A DNA stretch of 64,000 bases from a virus (lineage: Duplodnaviria > Caudoviricetes). The notes beneath the pieces were generated by a model. The model had not been told where the DNA came from. It was given only the letters and a program-made list of their open reading frames with translations, and ran no database searches. Location of the stretch: IMG/VR virus record IMGVR_UViG_2974655483_000001, positions 110,671-174,670 of that record, one strand, 5' to 3'. Below are positions 18,883 to 27,387 of this stretch, piece by piece. Position 1 is the stretch's first letter. Each line of letters opens with the position of its first letter. The position numbers and the translations under genes are program-made.

Positions 18883-19706
18883 GTTCATTAAAGACACCTC
18901 TTCGTTATCCTGGTGGTAAGTCTCGTGCCACCAAAAAGATGGCAGAGTTTTTTCCACTATTCAAAGACTATACTGAATTTCGTGAACCCTTTGTTGGTGG
19001 AGGTTCTGTTGCTCTTTATATCACTCAGATGTATCCTCACCTGGATATCTGGGTGAATGATTTGTATCAACCATTATATAATTTCTGGAAAGAACTTCAG
19101 TATGATGGACGCAAACTTCGTGACCAGTTGGTTGGACTAAAGAATAGTCACCCAGAACCAGTATCAGCAAAAGAATTATTTTTAAATGCTAAGGACATAT
19201 TAAACAATGATCAGACATCCAATCTATCTCGTGCTGTTAGTTTTTACGTTGTTAATAAGTGCTCTTTTTCTGGTCTCACTGAGTCCTCGTCCTTCAGCAA
19301 ACAGGCGTCAGACTCAAACTTTAGTATGCGAGGAATTGACAAACTCCCTTACTACGCAGAACTCATCCAAGACTGGAGAATTACTAATTTGTCATACGAA
19401 GAACTTCTAACTAATAAGAAGGAATCGTTTGTATATCTAGATCCTCCTTATGAGATTAAGTCTAATCTCTATGGTAAGAAAGGTGGAATGCATAAGGGGT
19501 TTGACCATGACGAGTTTTTCTTTGCATGTGATAGACATGCTTGTGACCAGATGGTATCGTATAATTCTTCCAACTTAATCAAGTCACGATTCATCGATTG
19601 GAAACCATACGAGTATGATCATACTTATACTATGCGATCGGTTGGTGAGTATATGAAAGACCAGCAACAACGTAAAGAACTGCTTCTACTTAACTATGTC
19701 GTATGA
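18879..19706 (+). CDS. dam: DNA adenine methyltransferase (Dam/D12 class)
   Basis: PLRYPGGKS, EPFVGGGSV, YLDPPY. Confidence 0.93.
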   Translation: MSSLKTPLRYPGGKSRATKKMAEFFPLFKDYTEFREPFVGGGSVALYITQMYPHLDIWVNDLYQPLYNFWKELQYDGRKLRDQLVGLKNSHPEPVSAKELFLNAKDILNNDQTSNLSRAVSFYVVNKCSFSGLTESSSFSKQASDSNFSMRGIDKLPYYAELIQDWRITNLSYEELLTNKKESFVYLDPPYEIKSNLYGKKGGMHKGFDHDEFFFACDRHACDQMVSYNSSNLIKSRFIDWKPYEYDHTYTMRSVGEYMKDQQQRKELLLLNYVV

Positions 19707-20100
19707 TGACAGGTATCCTCTTAAGGATTATCTAAACAGTATCAATATCTCCAAAGAAAATCTTATGGAAGATGAAGATCCTGCTTGGGAAAAGAACTAT
19801 CCTCCATTCATCATCAATAAATGTATGTCTCATCATATGGATACTGTGATGTTTGCGAACGAGATGAATATGTATTCTGGATTAGATAAAAAACTCCAGT
19901 ATGATTTTTTTATAAATATCGTGAGGACCCGTAAGAGATTTTCTCCATGGGGCAAGAAGGAAAAGGTGAAGGATATTGAACTTGTTAAAGAGTTCTATGG
20001 TTATTCGACCGAGAAAGCTGCACAAGCTCTCAGGATTCTATCTCCTACCCAACTTGATGTTATTAGATCTAAATTGAATAAAGGGGGTAAGAAACGATGA
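19696..20100 (+). CDS. g62: Clamp loader small subunit gp62
   Basis: YPPFIIN, ANEMN, QYDF, RKRFSPW. Confidence 0.92.
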   Translation: MSYDDRYPLKDYLNSINISKENLMEDEDPAWEKNYPPFIINKCMSHHMDTVMFANEMNMYSGLDKKLQYDFFINIVRTRKRFSPWGKKEKVKDIELVKEFYGYSTEKAAQALRILSPTQLDVIRSKLNKGGKKR

Positions 20101-20522
20101 ATGAGATTAAAGAGATCCAGTGGACAAAGAATGATATGATAGAAGTGAACCTTAAGGAACCAGATGATTTCCTTAAGGTTCGTGAAACTCTTACTCGTAT
20201 TGGTGTTGCTTCTAGAAAGGAGAAGAAACTATATCAATCTTGCCATATTCTTCATAAGAAGGGTCAATATTATATCGTTCATTTCAAAGAGTTGTTTGCA
20301 CTTGATGGTAAAAAAGCAAATTTTTCTGAGAATGATTTACAGAGACGTAATAGAATTATTAAACTGCTCTCTGATTGGGGACTTGTAGAAATAGTAAAAG
20401 AAGATTCTGTAACTGATGCAGCACCTTTGAGTCAGATCAAAGTGATTGCCTATAAAGAAAAAACAGAATGGACGCTAGAGTCTAAGTATAATATTGGAAA
20501 AAAACGACAGACGAATGAGTGA
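20097..20522 (+). CDS. regA: Translational repressor RegA
   Basis: DDFLKVRETLTRIGVAS, LYQSCHILHKKG.YYIVHFKELF. Confidence 0.97.
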   Translation: MNEIKEIQWTKNDMIEVNLKEPDDFLKVRETLTRIGVASRKEKKLYQSCHILHKKGQYYIVHFKELFALDGKKANFSENDLQRRNRIIKLLSDWGLVEIVKEDSVTDAAPLSQIKVIAYKEKTEWTLESKYNIGKKRQTNE

Positions 20523-21153
20523 GTTTAATTATCATGTGAAGCAGTTTCAATCTCCAGGATATTTGTTGATTGAAGTTCCTTCTGATGTGAGGAAAGAGTT
20601 GGAAGAAACTATCGAAGTCTTACATAAAACATCTGAGTCTGATGCTCGCATGACTTTGCGAGGACATCTTAATCAGGAATGGCATCTTCCAATTGGTAAA
20701 GAGATGCAACTCTTTACTAAGAACTTATCAAACCTTTATCTACAGCATTTTGGAATGCAACCTAGTATGGGTATTGCAGAAACTATGCGTGATATGTCTA
20801 AAGTTGATTTTAATTTAGAAAAACTTTGGATTAATTATCAAAAGAAGTATGACTTCAATCCTCTGCATATTCATTCGGGTGTCTTTTCTTTTGTCATATG
20901 GGTAAATATACCATATGATTTACAAGAGGAACGAGATAGATATGTAACAAATGGAAACGAAACTGCTAATTTTGTATTTCAATATATGAATGCTATTGGT
21001 GGATTAGATGCAGAGCATCTTCCTATTGACAAAAGTTTTGAATGGAAGATGGCATTCTTTCCCGCACGATTGAGTCATGCAGTAAATCCATTCTACACTT
21101 CGGATGAGTATCGAATTTCTATATCGGGTAACGTATATTTGAATGATAAATAA
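20515..21153 (+). CDS. 2OG-Fe(II) oxygenase-like protein
   Basis: WINYQ..DFNPLHIH, FFPA.L.HAV.PF, RISISGN. Confidence 0.85.
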   Translation: MSEFNYHVKQFQSPGYLLIEVPSDVRKELEETIEVLHKTSESDARMTLRGHLNQEWHLPIGKEMQLFTKNLSNLYLQHFGMQPSMGIAETMRDMSKVDFNLEKLWINYQKKYDFNPLHIHSGVFSFVIWVNIPYDLQEERDRYVTNGNETANFVFQYMNAIGGLDAEHLPIDKSFEWKMAFFPARLSHAVNPFYTSDEYRISISGNVYLNDK

Positions 21154-21173
21154 AAGAGCCTCGCTGTTCGTCA

Positions 21174-21593
21174 ATGCCAGAAGAAGTCAAAAAAGATGAA
21201 CCTAAGAAAAAGGGTATCATTGGTAAAATTAAAGAGGCAGCAGATGATAAAGAAGAGCAGCTTGCTATTCTGTCTACTTTTGTTAGGCTCGGCATCCTTG
21301 TTTGGTCTGGCGGAATACTCACGCTGGCATACATCAAACTTCCACCAGCACTTGGAATTCCTGAACAAAAACTAGATCCAACTTTTATCGCCAGTGTCTT
21401 TACTGGGGTGCTAGCTACCTTCGGTGTTCAGGCAGCAAAGAAAGCAGGAGAAGGTGGTGGTAGTAATGGTGGCATCAGTAAAGACCAGATGGAAAGATTG
21501 ATTGAAAAGGCAGCACAAACTGCACCTTCACAGACTATTCGTCTTGAGCAGGGACCAATCAAAATTTCTACTGACGATTCATACAAAATGTAA
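21174..21593 (+). CDS. Two-TM membrane protein (holin-like topology)
   Basis: Two hydrophobic segments with charged termini; ATAAATA upstream. Confidence 0.7.
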   Translation: MPEEVKKDEPKKKGIIGKIKEAADDKEEQLAILSTFVRLGILVWSGGILTLAYIKLPPALGIPEQKLDPTFIASVFTGVLATFGVQAAKKAGEGGGSNGGISKDQMERLIEKAAQTAPSQTIRLEQGPIKISTDDSYKM

Positions 21594-21604
21594 CGGAGAA
21601 TAAA

Positions 21605-21868
21605 ATGCAAAAAGTAATTAATGTTTTAGCAGTACTATCATTTGTAGGAACTGCTGGTATTGTCGGCGGTGGTGCTGCAGTATATCTCAATAAGGATTCT
21701 ATTGTTGAGAACATCAAATCCCAAGTTGCAGCAGCTGCTGGTGAAGCAATTGCTGGTGCTCTACCTGGAATGATGGACTCTGCAATGCCAGAACTACCTG
21801 GTGCTACTGGTGGCGCTATTCCTGCACTTCCATCTACGACGGGTGGTGCTATTCCGTTTGGTATGTAA
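21605..21868 (+). CDS. Membrane-anchored Ala/Gly/Pro-rich protein
   Basis: GGAG RBS, N-terminal hydrophobic helix. Confidence 0.75.
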   Translation: MQKVINVLAVLSFVGTAGIVGGGAAVYLNKDSIVENIKSQVAAAAGEAIAGALPGMMDSAMPELPGATGGAIPALPSTTGGAIPFGM

Positions 21869-21870
21869 TC

Positions 21871-22440
21871 ATGACCAAACTAAAGATTGTAGCTGGTGCT
21901 GTCGGTGGTTTATTTGCTATCGCACATGTTGGTTTGTTGGGATATGTAATCCACAGACCGAGACAACCTCAGGTTCCTATTATCAATATTCCTAAGGGTG
22001 ATTATTCATCTTACAGAATCAAAGCAGGTAAGGATGGATATGAGGTTGAGTATCGTGCAAACGATCCTGCTATCCTTGAGTCCCAAAAATCTTTATCTCT
22101 AGATAAAGATAAGAAAGGATTCTTTGGTGGTAACACCACCGAGGTTAGACGAGAGTGGCGTCAAGACCAATTCACTATGGACGGCACACGCAACCTAGGA
22201 GGTGCCGTATCAGAGGGCGAGGGAAAGTCTGCAAAAGACATAGAGTGCATCGTGGCGGACGCTGGAGCACGATCACAAGGTGCAATGGCAGGTAGTGCTA
22301 TCGCTGCTGGTGTCGCTGTTCCTGCTGTTGTTGGCATCCCTTATGTTGGATGGTTAGCAGGTGGATGGGCATTGCTGCTAGGACAAAAAGCAGGGTCCAG
22401 TATCGGATCTACAGTTGGTAGTGTATTTAATGATTGCTGA
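21871..22440 (+). CDS. Membrane protein with C-terminal glycine-zipper-like segment
   Basis: N-terminal TM; GAMAGSAIAAG...GWLAGG...GQKAGSSIGSTVG. Confidence 0.75.
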   Translation: MTKLKIVAGAVGGLFAIAHVGLLGYVIHRPRQPQVPIINIPKGDYSSYRIKAGKDGYEVEYRANDPAILESQKSLSLDKDKKGFFGGNTTEVRREWRQDQFTMDGTRNLGGAVSEGEGKSAKDIECIVADAGARSQGAMAGSAIAAGVAVPAVVGIPYVGWLAGGWALLLGQKAGSSIGSTVGSVFNDC

Positions 22441-23246
22441 TGGACATACCTAATATTAATATTCCGAATAACAATATTCGTATTGGTGATATTCGTGATG
22501 TGAATATAAACATAATGCCTGATTGGATGACTAATCCTCCACAGGCAATACCAATTTACCCACCCGTGACTTCACAGGTGGGTATTCCTATTGTTAATAT
22601 ACCTGGATGTGTTGAGTCTCATAGAGATAGTAGTGAGAATCAAACACTCAAAGATGAAGATAGTGATGGTGTTCGGGTATATTGTGATGCAGGAACTCCT
22701 AGTTTCAATCCAATAGATTATGATCCTCGTAGATTAAAGATAACAACAGAGTCTTCCCCACCTCTACCAGTTATCCCAAACACTCCAGAAGCACCAGAGA
22801 CTCCTGCTACACCAACACCTCCTAAGACTGATGCTGCAAAAGTAGAGTGTCCTAGTAGAGCACAAGAATTAAAAAACCCTGTTGGAAAAATCATAGAGGG
22901 TAATAAAAAGATTACTGGGTATGAGACAGTAGGAAAAGAATGTCTCCCTGTATTTGAAACTCTTAATATAACGGATCAGATTGTCCAGAACATACCATCA
23001 GCAGGTATGATAACTGTTACCGCCTCAATTGCTGTAGTTGCGACGACTTCTGCACTGCTTGCAAAGCCTCTTGCTGATCTTTTGTTAAAAGTGGTGAAAC
23101 CTGTGACGAAGAAAGTGGTGAAGAAGATTGCTGCCTTACGGGGAAAGAAACCCCCTGTGTTGTCTGAGTCTGAGAGGAAGGCGGCACAGCGTGATCGGAA
23201 CCGTGCGATAAAGGTCCTACGGTCGGCACTGAAACCGAAGGGATAG
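22434..23246 (+). CDS. Pro-rich protein with one TM helix and a basic tail
   Basis: 270-aa ORF; TVTASIAVVATTSALLA hydrophobic segment, then Lys/Arg-rich. Confidence 0.75.
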   Translation: MLMDIPNINIPNNNIRIGDIRDVNINIMPDWMTNPPQAIPIYPPVTSQVGIPIVNIPGCVESHRDSSENQTLKDEDSDGVRVYCDAGTPSFNPIDYDPRRLKITTESSPPLPVIPNTPEAPETPATPTPPKTDAAKVECPSRAQELKNPVGKIIEGNKKITGYETVGKECLPVFETLNITDQIVQNIPSAGMITVTASIAVVATTSALLAKPLADLLLKVVKPVTKKVVKKIAALRGKKPPVLSESERKAAQRDRNRAIKVLRSALKPKG

Positions 23247-24294
23247 AGTGACGATGTTGCTTGACGGTATTAACATTTTGCACCACGACATCGGCACACA
23301 CTTTATAGTAAGGACTCCTAGGGTGGAAACTAATTCCCTGCTGCATTAACTGACCACAATTCTTAAGTCTCGCAATCTCAAAGTCTAATCTTTTGTTAGC
23401 AATCATTTGTTGCTGCATTTGGATCTGAGTATCTGCTGCTTGCTTACAACGCTCTTGTAATCCACCATCAAGTGGGAAAGAAAGTGTTGCAGATAAACCA
23501 AGACTTGTACTGTTATTAATTGCATCACCAGTCCTTACTGGTTTTCTCCATAATTCTGACCCTGGATTATCGGGCACACCATCCCCCATCATTTCCATAG
23601 TGGTGATAGTCATATCTTGACCATCTTCATATGCACGAACAGTTTCGCCTTCTGAATTTGTATATGATCTATCATCATACCAAGGTTCCCAAGGAAAGTT
23701 TTTTACTACTTTCTGAGTTTCTACCATCTGACCTTGAAAATCTCTGTTATCATATTGAGGTTCCATATAGTATTGCTCAAATGGATCCTTCTGACTACGA
23801 GCATGAGTAATGAATGGTGTGATGTTAGCAGTCGGTCCTTGACATGCGATACCACCACCATATTGATTGGTGATGTATGGTCCTTGTAAGACCTGAATAG
23901 CTTGGTTGGTCACTGAACCTGAGCTATTCGCGATTGGATTAGCAGTCGCAGAAACACCTCCCACATCAGCAGCACTGACGGGAGATGCGATTAACAACCC
24001 AATTACTGGGTAAAGATACTTGTAGTATCTGTTACGCTGGTAACTTCTGTTGTTCTTTGGATTACAGTCTGATTTGTTACCCCTGGACCCATGTAGGTCT
24101 GGGTGAATTGGAATGCTGCTCCTGGTTCTTTGATTGTGAAACTCTGTCCATTTAAATCTAGACCAGAGTTGGCGCTTGTTACTTGCCCCTCTGTTCCTCC
24201 TAATGGATTCACTATCACCGAGTTTGTCGTTGGGTTCGGACTGAGGGATTGCCCCCCGTTGGTCACGTTTGTTCCCGATACTGAATATTGCCAT
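23017..24294 (-). CDS. Putative exported protein (start uncertain)
   Basis: Signal-like YKYLYPVIGLLIASPVSA followed by a beta-rich region and a Cys-containing helical region. Confidence 0.7.
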   Translation of the reverse strand: MAIFSIGNKRDQRGAIPQSEPNDKLGDSESIRRNRGASNKRQLWSRFKWTEFHNQRTRSSIPIHPDLHGSRGNKSDCNPKNNRSYQRNRYYKYLYPVIGLLIASPVSAADVGGVSATANPIANSSGSVTNQAIQVLQGPYITNQYGGGIACQGPTANITPFITHARSQKDPFEQYYMEPQYDNRDFQGQMVETQKVVKNFPWEPWYDDRSYTNSEGETVRAYEDGQDMTITTMEMMGDGVPDNPGSELWRKPVRTGDAINNSTSLGLSATLSFPLDGGLQERCKQAADTQIQMQQQMIANKRLDFEIARLKNCGQLMQQGISFHPRSPYYKVCADVVVQNVNTVKQHRHSIPSVSVPTVGPLSHGSDHAVPPSSQTQTTQGVSFPVRQQSSSPLSSSQVSPLLTKDQQEALQAVQKSSQLQQLRR

Positions 24295-24479
24295 CCTGTT
24301 GCATAATCTATAGAGTTAATAGTTTCAGTCACCTTCGATGTTGTTTCTGTGTGACTGGTCATGCTTCCCTGAGTGAAGTTTGGGACCACGGGGACCGCCA
24401 GGGCAGGAGCAAGTGTGACAAATGCACCCACCACACTTAGGACACACCAAAGAATCGTAGTAGTCTTTCCAGAAGTCAT
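24003..24479 (-). CDS. Putative secreted Thr/Ser-rich protein
   Basis: GGAGG RBS; signal peptide ending APALA; VPVVPNFTQG. Confidence 0.8.
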   Translation of the reverse strand: MTSGKTTTILWCVLSVVGAFVTLAPALAVPVVPNFTQGSMTSHTETTSKVTETINSIDYATGWQYSVSGTNVTNGGQSLSPNPTTNSVIVNPLGGTEGQVTSANSGLDLNGQSFTIKEPGAAFQFTQTYMGPGVTNQTVIQRTTEVTSVTDTTSIFTQ

Positions 24480-24499
24480 GATTTCTGACCTCCATTTAT

Positions 24500-24994
24500 T
24501 TAGTGTATGATTGAGAGTTCACTTACGAACTGACCTGTAGCATTCGTACCAGCTCCACCAGCCGTCAAACTAATTGCACCAGTAGTCCCAATAGTACCTG
24601 CTAGAGTTCCAGCAGTTCCTGCAGTTGTGGAAGTAATGTTGCCGAAGTTTGCTACATCACCAACAGTCACTGCTGCTGCTGGGATTGCATCACCTTGAGT
24701 ATATGACTGACTGAATGAGAAAGCAGATTCTGCAGTTCCTTGGACTGCTTCAATAGTACCAGGAGAATAAATTCCACTAGTAATGGTGCCAGCAGAAACA
24801 GCATCAGCAGTTGTTCCGTCAGTAGTGCCAATGTTGTTGCCTGAGATTGAGAATGTACTACCAAGTCTTGTGACATTAGAAGCAGCAGCATCGACAGTCA
24901 GTTGAACACTAGAAGATAATTTATGTGTAAGGGCACCTGCATTTGCTGCTGGTGCGGTCATCAGTAACATTATGAAGGGTAAAAACCTTTTCAT
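24500..24994 (-). CDS. Putative secreted Ala/Gly/Thr-rich protein
   Basis: MKRFLPFIMLLMTAPAANA signal peptide; small-residue beta-rich body. Confidence 0.8.
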   Translation of the reverse strand: MKRFLPFIMLLMTAPAANAGALTHKLSSSVQLTVDAAASNVTRLGSTFSISGNNIGTTDGTTADAVSAGTITSGIYSPGTIEAVQGTAESAFSFSQSYTQGDAIPAAAVTVGDVANFGNITSTTAGTAGTLAGTIGTTGAISLTAGGAGTNATGQFVSELSIIH

Positions 24995-25098
24995 ACGATT
25001 TACCAAATAGGTATGTATAGTATGTAGGTGAGGTATCCCTTACATAGAGGTTCGGGATATTACACAATGCATTAAACTGGATACTTGTTAAATACTAC

Positions 25099-25154
25099 TG
25101 GTTGCCTTCGGGGACCACACAATACAATCTCGCTTTATAAGGAGAAGTTACATG
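25099..25154 (+). promoter_or_regulatory. Structured hsp20 5' UTR, ROSE-like RNA thermometer candidate
   Basis: cUUCGg hairpin 25099-25117; TCTC(G)CTT-TAT-AAGGAGA pairs the SD with a bulged G. Confidence 0.6.
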
Positions 25155-25598
25155 GACCTTACTAGATGGACATCGAAAGATGTTGATAAAATTTTTGATG
25201 CTGCAAACAGATACAGCGTCGGACTAGATGATATCTTTTATCGATTGCATTCATATGGATCGAATCATCCTGGTGGACAATATCCTCCATACAATATCGT
25301 CAAAGAATCAAATGTTAAATGGCGTATTGAATTAGCACTTGCTGGATGGGATCCAAAAGATGTTGAGGTTACTACTGAGTCAAATATACTCCTAGTAAAA
25401 TCTGTTGCACCTAAGAATGATGGTGAAGATGATGAGTATGTGCATCGTGGATTGTCTTCACGCACCTTCACTAGGGGATTCAACCTGAGTGATGATGTCG
25501 AAGTCGGCACAGTCAGTTTCAATAATGGATTACTTGTGGTAGAATTACGAAGAATCATTCCTGATCATCAGAAACGAAAGGTTTATGAAATTCAATAG
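25152..25598 (+). CDS. hsp20: Small heat shock protein Hsp20
   Basis: YPPYNIV, IELALAG, YVHRGLSSR.F.R.F.L, NGLL. Confidence 0.95.
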   Translation: MDLTRWTSKDVDKIFDAANRYSVGLDDIFYRLHSYGSNHPGGQYPPYNIVKESNVKWRIELALAGWDPKDVEVTTESNILLVKSVAPKNDGEDDEYVHRGLSSRTFTRGFNLSDDVEVGTVSFNNGLLVVELRRIIPDHQKRKVYEIQ

Positions 25599-26550
25599 CA
25601 AAGCAATCGCAACAATCGCTGCTGCTGCTCCTCTAATGGTGGCATGTGGTGGCACATCTACTACATTCAGACTTGATGGAGCAGGTGCTACATTCCCTGC
25701 TCCATTGTATCAAGCATGGTTTCAAACCATGGCAGGTGAAACTGGTAACCAAGTAAACTATCAAGCAGTTGGTAGTGGTTCTGGTGTCCGTCAATATATT
25801 GCTGGTACTGTTGACTTCGGTGCCAGTGATGGTGCTGTAAGTGATGAGAAACAAACCATCCCCATGGTCCACATTCCTATGACTGGTGGTGCTATTGTTC
25901 CTGCTTACAATATGCCTGGTTGTGATGTCAAGATGACACAGACACAACTTGCTGATGTGTATCTCGGTAAGATTACTAACTGGTCTACCTTTGGATGTGA
26001 TAGTAAAACTATCGTTCCTGTCTTCCGTTCTGATGGTAGTGGCACCACAAAAGGTTTCACTAACTCACTATCAGCATTCTCTCCCGAATGGAAAGAGAAT
26101 GTGGGCACAGGTAAGGCAGTAAAGTGGCCTGCTGGTGTTGGTGGTAAAGGTAACTCTGGTGTTGCCGCACAAGTTAAACAAGTTCCTGGTGCCATTGGTT
26201 ACCTGAACTATGGTTATGTGACTGGTGATAAGTTTCAACAAGTATCCCTACAAAACAAAGCAGGTAACTATGTCAAAGCAAATGCTGAAACATCTGCGGC
26301 AGGTCTATCGCGAATCGTCTTGGACGATCAGCTTCGTGGTGCTGACGCTAACCCTGCTGGTGCCAATGCATACCCTATTGTCTCCCTTACTTGGGTCCTA
26401 GCATACCCTGAGTCTAAGGAAGGTGTAAAGGAAACTCTTCGTTATATGTTGAGTGAGAAAGCACAGGCAATGTCTGATGGTCTTGGTTATGTCCCTCTTC
26501 CAGAGGACCTGAGACAGAAAGCACTTGCTGCTGTTGAAACTATCAACTGA
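25585..26550 (+). CDS. pstS: Phosphate-binding lipoprotein PstS
   Basis: Lipobox MVAC, GAGATFPAPLY, YQAVGSGSG, DFGASD, RSDGSGTT, YPIVSLTW. Confidence 0.97.
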   Translation: MKFNSKAIATIAAAAPLMVACGGTSTTFRLDGAGATFPAPLYQAWFQTMAGETGNQVNYQAVGSGSGVRQYIAGTVDFGASDGAVSDEKQTIPMVHIPMTGGAIVPAYNMPGCDVKMTQTQLADVYLGKITNWSTFGCDSKTIVPVFRSDGSGTTKGFTNSLSAFSPEWKENVGTGKAVKWPAGVGGKGNSGVAAQVKQVPGAIGYLNYGYVTGDKFQQVSLQNKAGNYVKANAETSAAGLSRIVLDDQLRGADANPAGANAYPIVSLTWVLAYPESKEGVKETLRYMLSEKAQAMSDGLGYVPLPEDLRQKALAAVETIN

Positions 26551-26575
26551 TTAACTACCTATATAATGTACAACC

Positions 26576-26601
26576 AAAGAGACCTCACGGGGTCTCTTTT
26601 T
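26576..26601 (+). terminator. Intrinsic terminator after pstS
   Basis: AAAGAGACC-N6-GGTCTCTTTTT. Confidence 0.8.
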
Positions 26602-26614
26602 GTTTGGAGTTACT

Positions 26615-26842
26615 ATGAATGTCTATGTAAATTTAAAACCGAATACTTACGATGGCGATACTGATCTCTTGACAGTAGAAGTCCCAGCATCTTATACTGA
26701 GGAACTTCTAAAGCATGTCAGACCTATCGCAGAACAAAAGAATATCGACGAAGCCAAAATCCTTAAGGATATTATTAGGGAAGCAGTAAACGAAATTGAA
26801 AGGAGGAATTATGAGCGTAAGAATCGTAAGAACAAGAAGTAA
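26615..26842 (+). CDS. Hypothetical protein
   Basis: GGAG RBS before ATG 26615. Confidence 0.7.
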   Translation: MNVYVNLKPNTYDGDTDLLTVEVPASYTEELLKHVRPIAEQKNIDEAKILKDIIREAVNEIERRNYERKNRKNKK

Positions 26843-27161
26843 CGAAGATGTGATCTGTGACCTCTATGAAGTTACAACACAAGAAGAACCAGACAAAGCA
26901 GTAGGGTTTCAAATGAAAAATCCGTACTCGGTCTGGATTTCTGCACCTAAAACATCTACGGTAGTCGAACAAACTGAAGAAGAAGTCACTGCTAAAATCA
27001 GTGAACCATCTATTAACTTTGAACCTTGGGCACCTCTGTCTAAAAACAAAGACCTTATGATGAAACTAGATGAGATTGTTACAGTCTACGAGACTCATGA
27101 AGAAATTGAAAGCAAGTACAACCAACTGATTGAGGCAGAAAATGGAACAACAGTCGATTAA
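26811..27161 (+). CDS. Conserved hypothetical protein upstream of g43
   Basis: AGGAGG RBS; EDVICD...PW.PLSK pattern. Confidence 0.75.
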   Translation: MSVRIVRTRSNEDVICDLYEVTTQEEPDKAVGFQMKNPYSVWISAPKTSTVVEQTEEEVTAKISEPSINFEPWAPLSKNKDLMMKLDEIVTVYETHEEIESKYNQLIEAENGTTVD

Positions 27162-27387
27162 GTTAGTTCTTCTGAGAGAAAGAAAAGAATATCTTGTCGG
27201 TAGTATTACCGAATTAGATGAAGAACCAAGTCTCTTGATTGAGAAGTGTATGGAAGTTCTTGAGGATGGAACTCTTAGAGAGTTTCCTCTTCATGCTGAG
27301 CAACGTGATTTGTTCTTGACATCCGAGTGTGTTTTGACTATACTGGATCCAAGTCCTAATGTGCTGGAGACATACAAAAACGCATGA
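27142..27387 (+). CDS. Hypothetical protein
   Basis: ORF ATGA-coupled to g43. Confidence 0.7.
   Translation: MEQQSIKLVLLRERKEYLVGSITELDEEPSLLIEKCMEVLEDGTLREFPLHAEQRDLFLTSECVLTILDPSPNVLETYKNA

Noticed and set aside
25071-25094. Pho box upstream of hsp20-pstS (ATTAAACT...GTTAAATA)
   Set aside because: Half-sites are 16 nt apart rather than 11; the second is better read as a late-promoter variant
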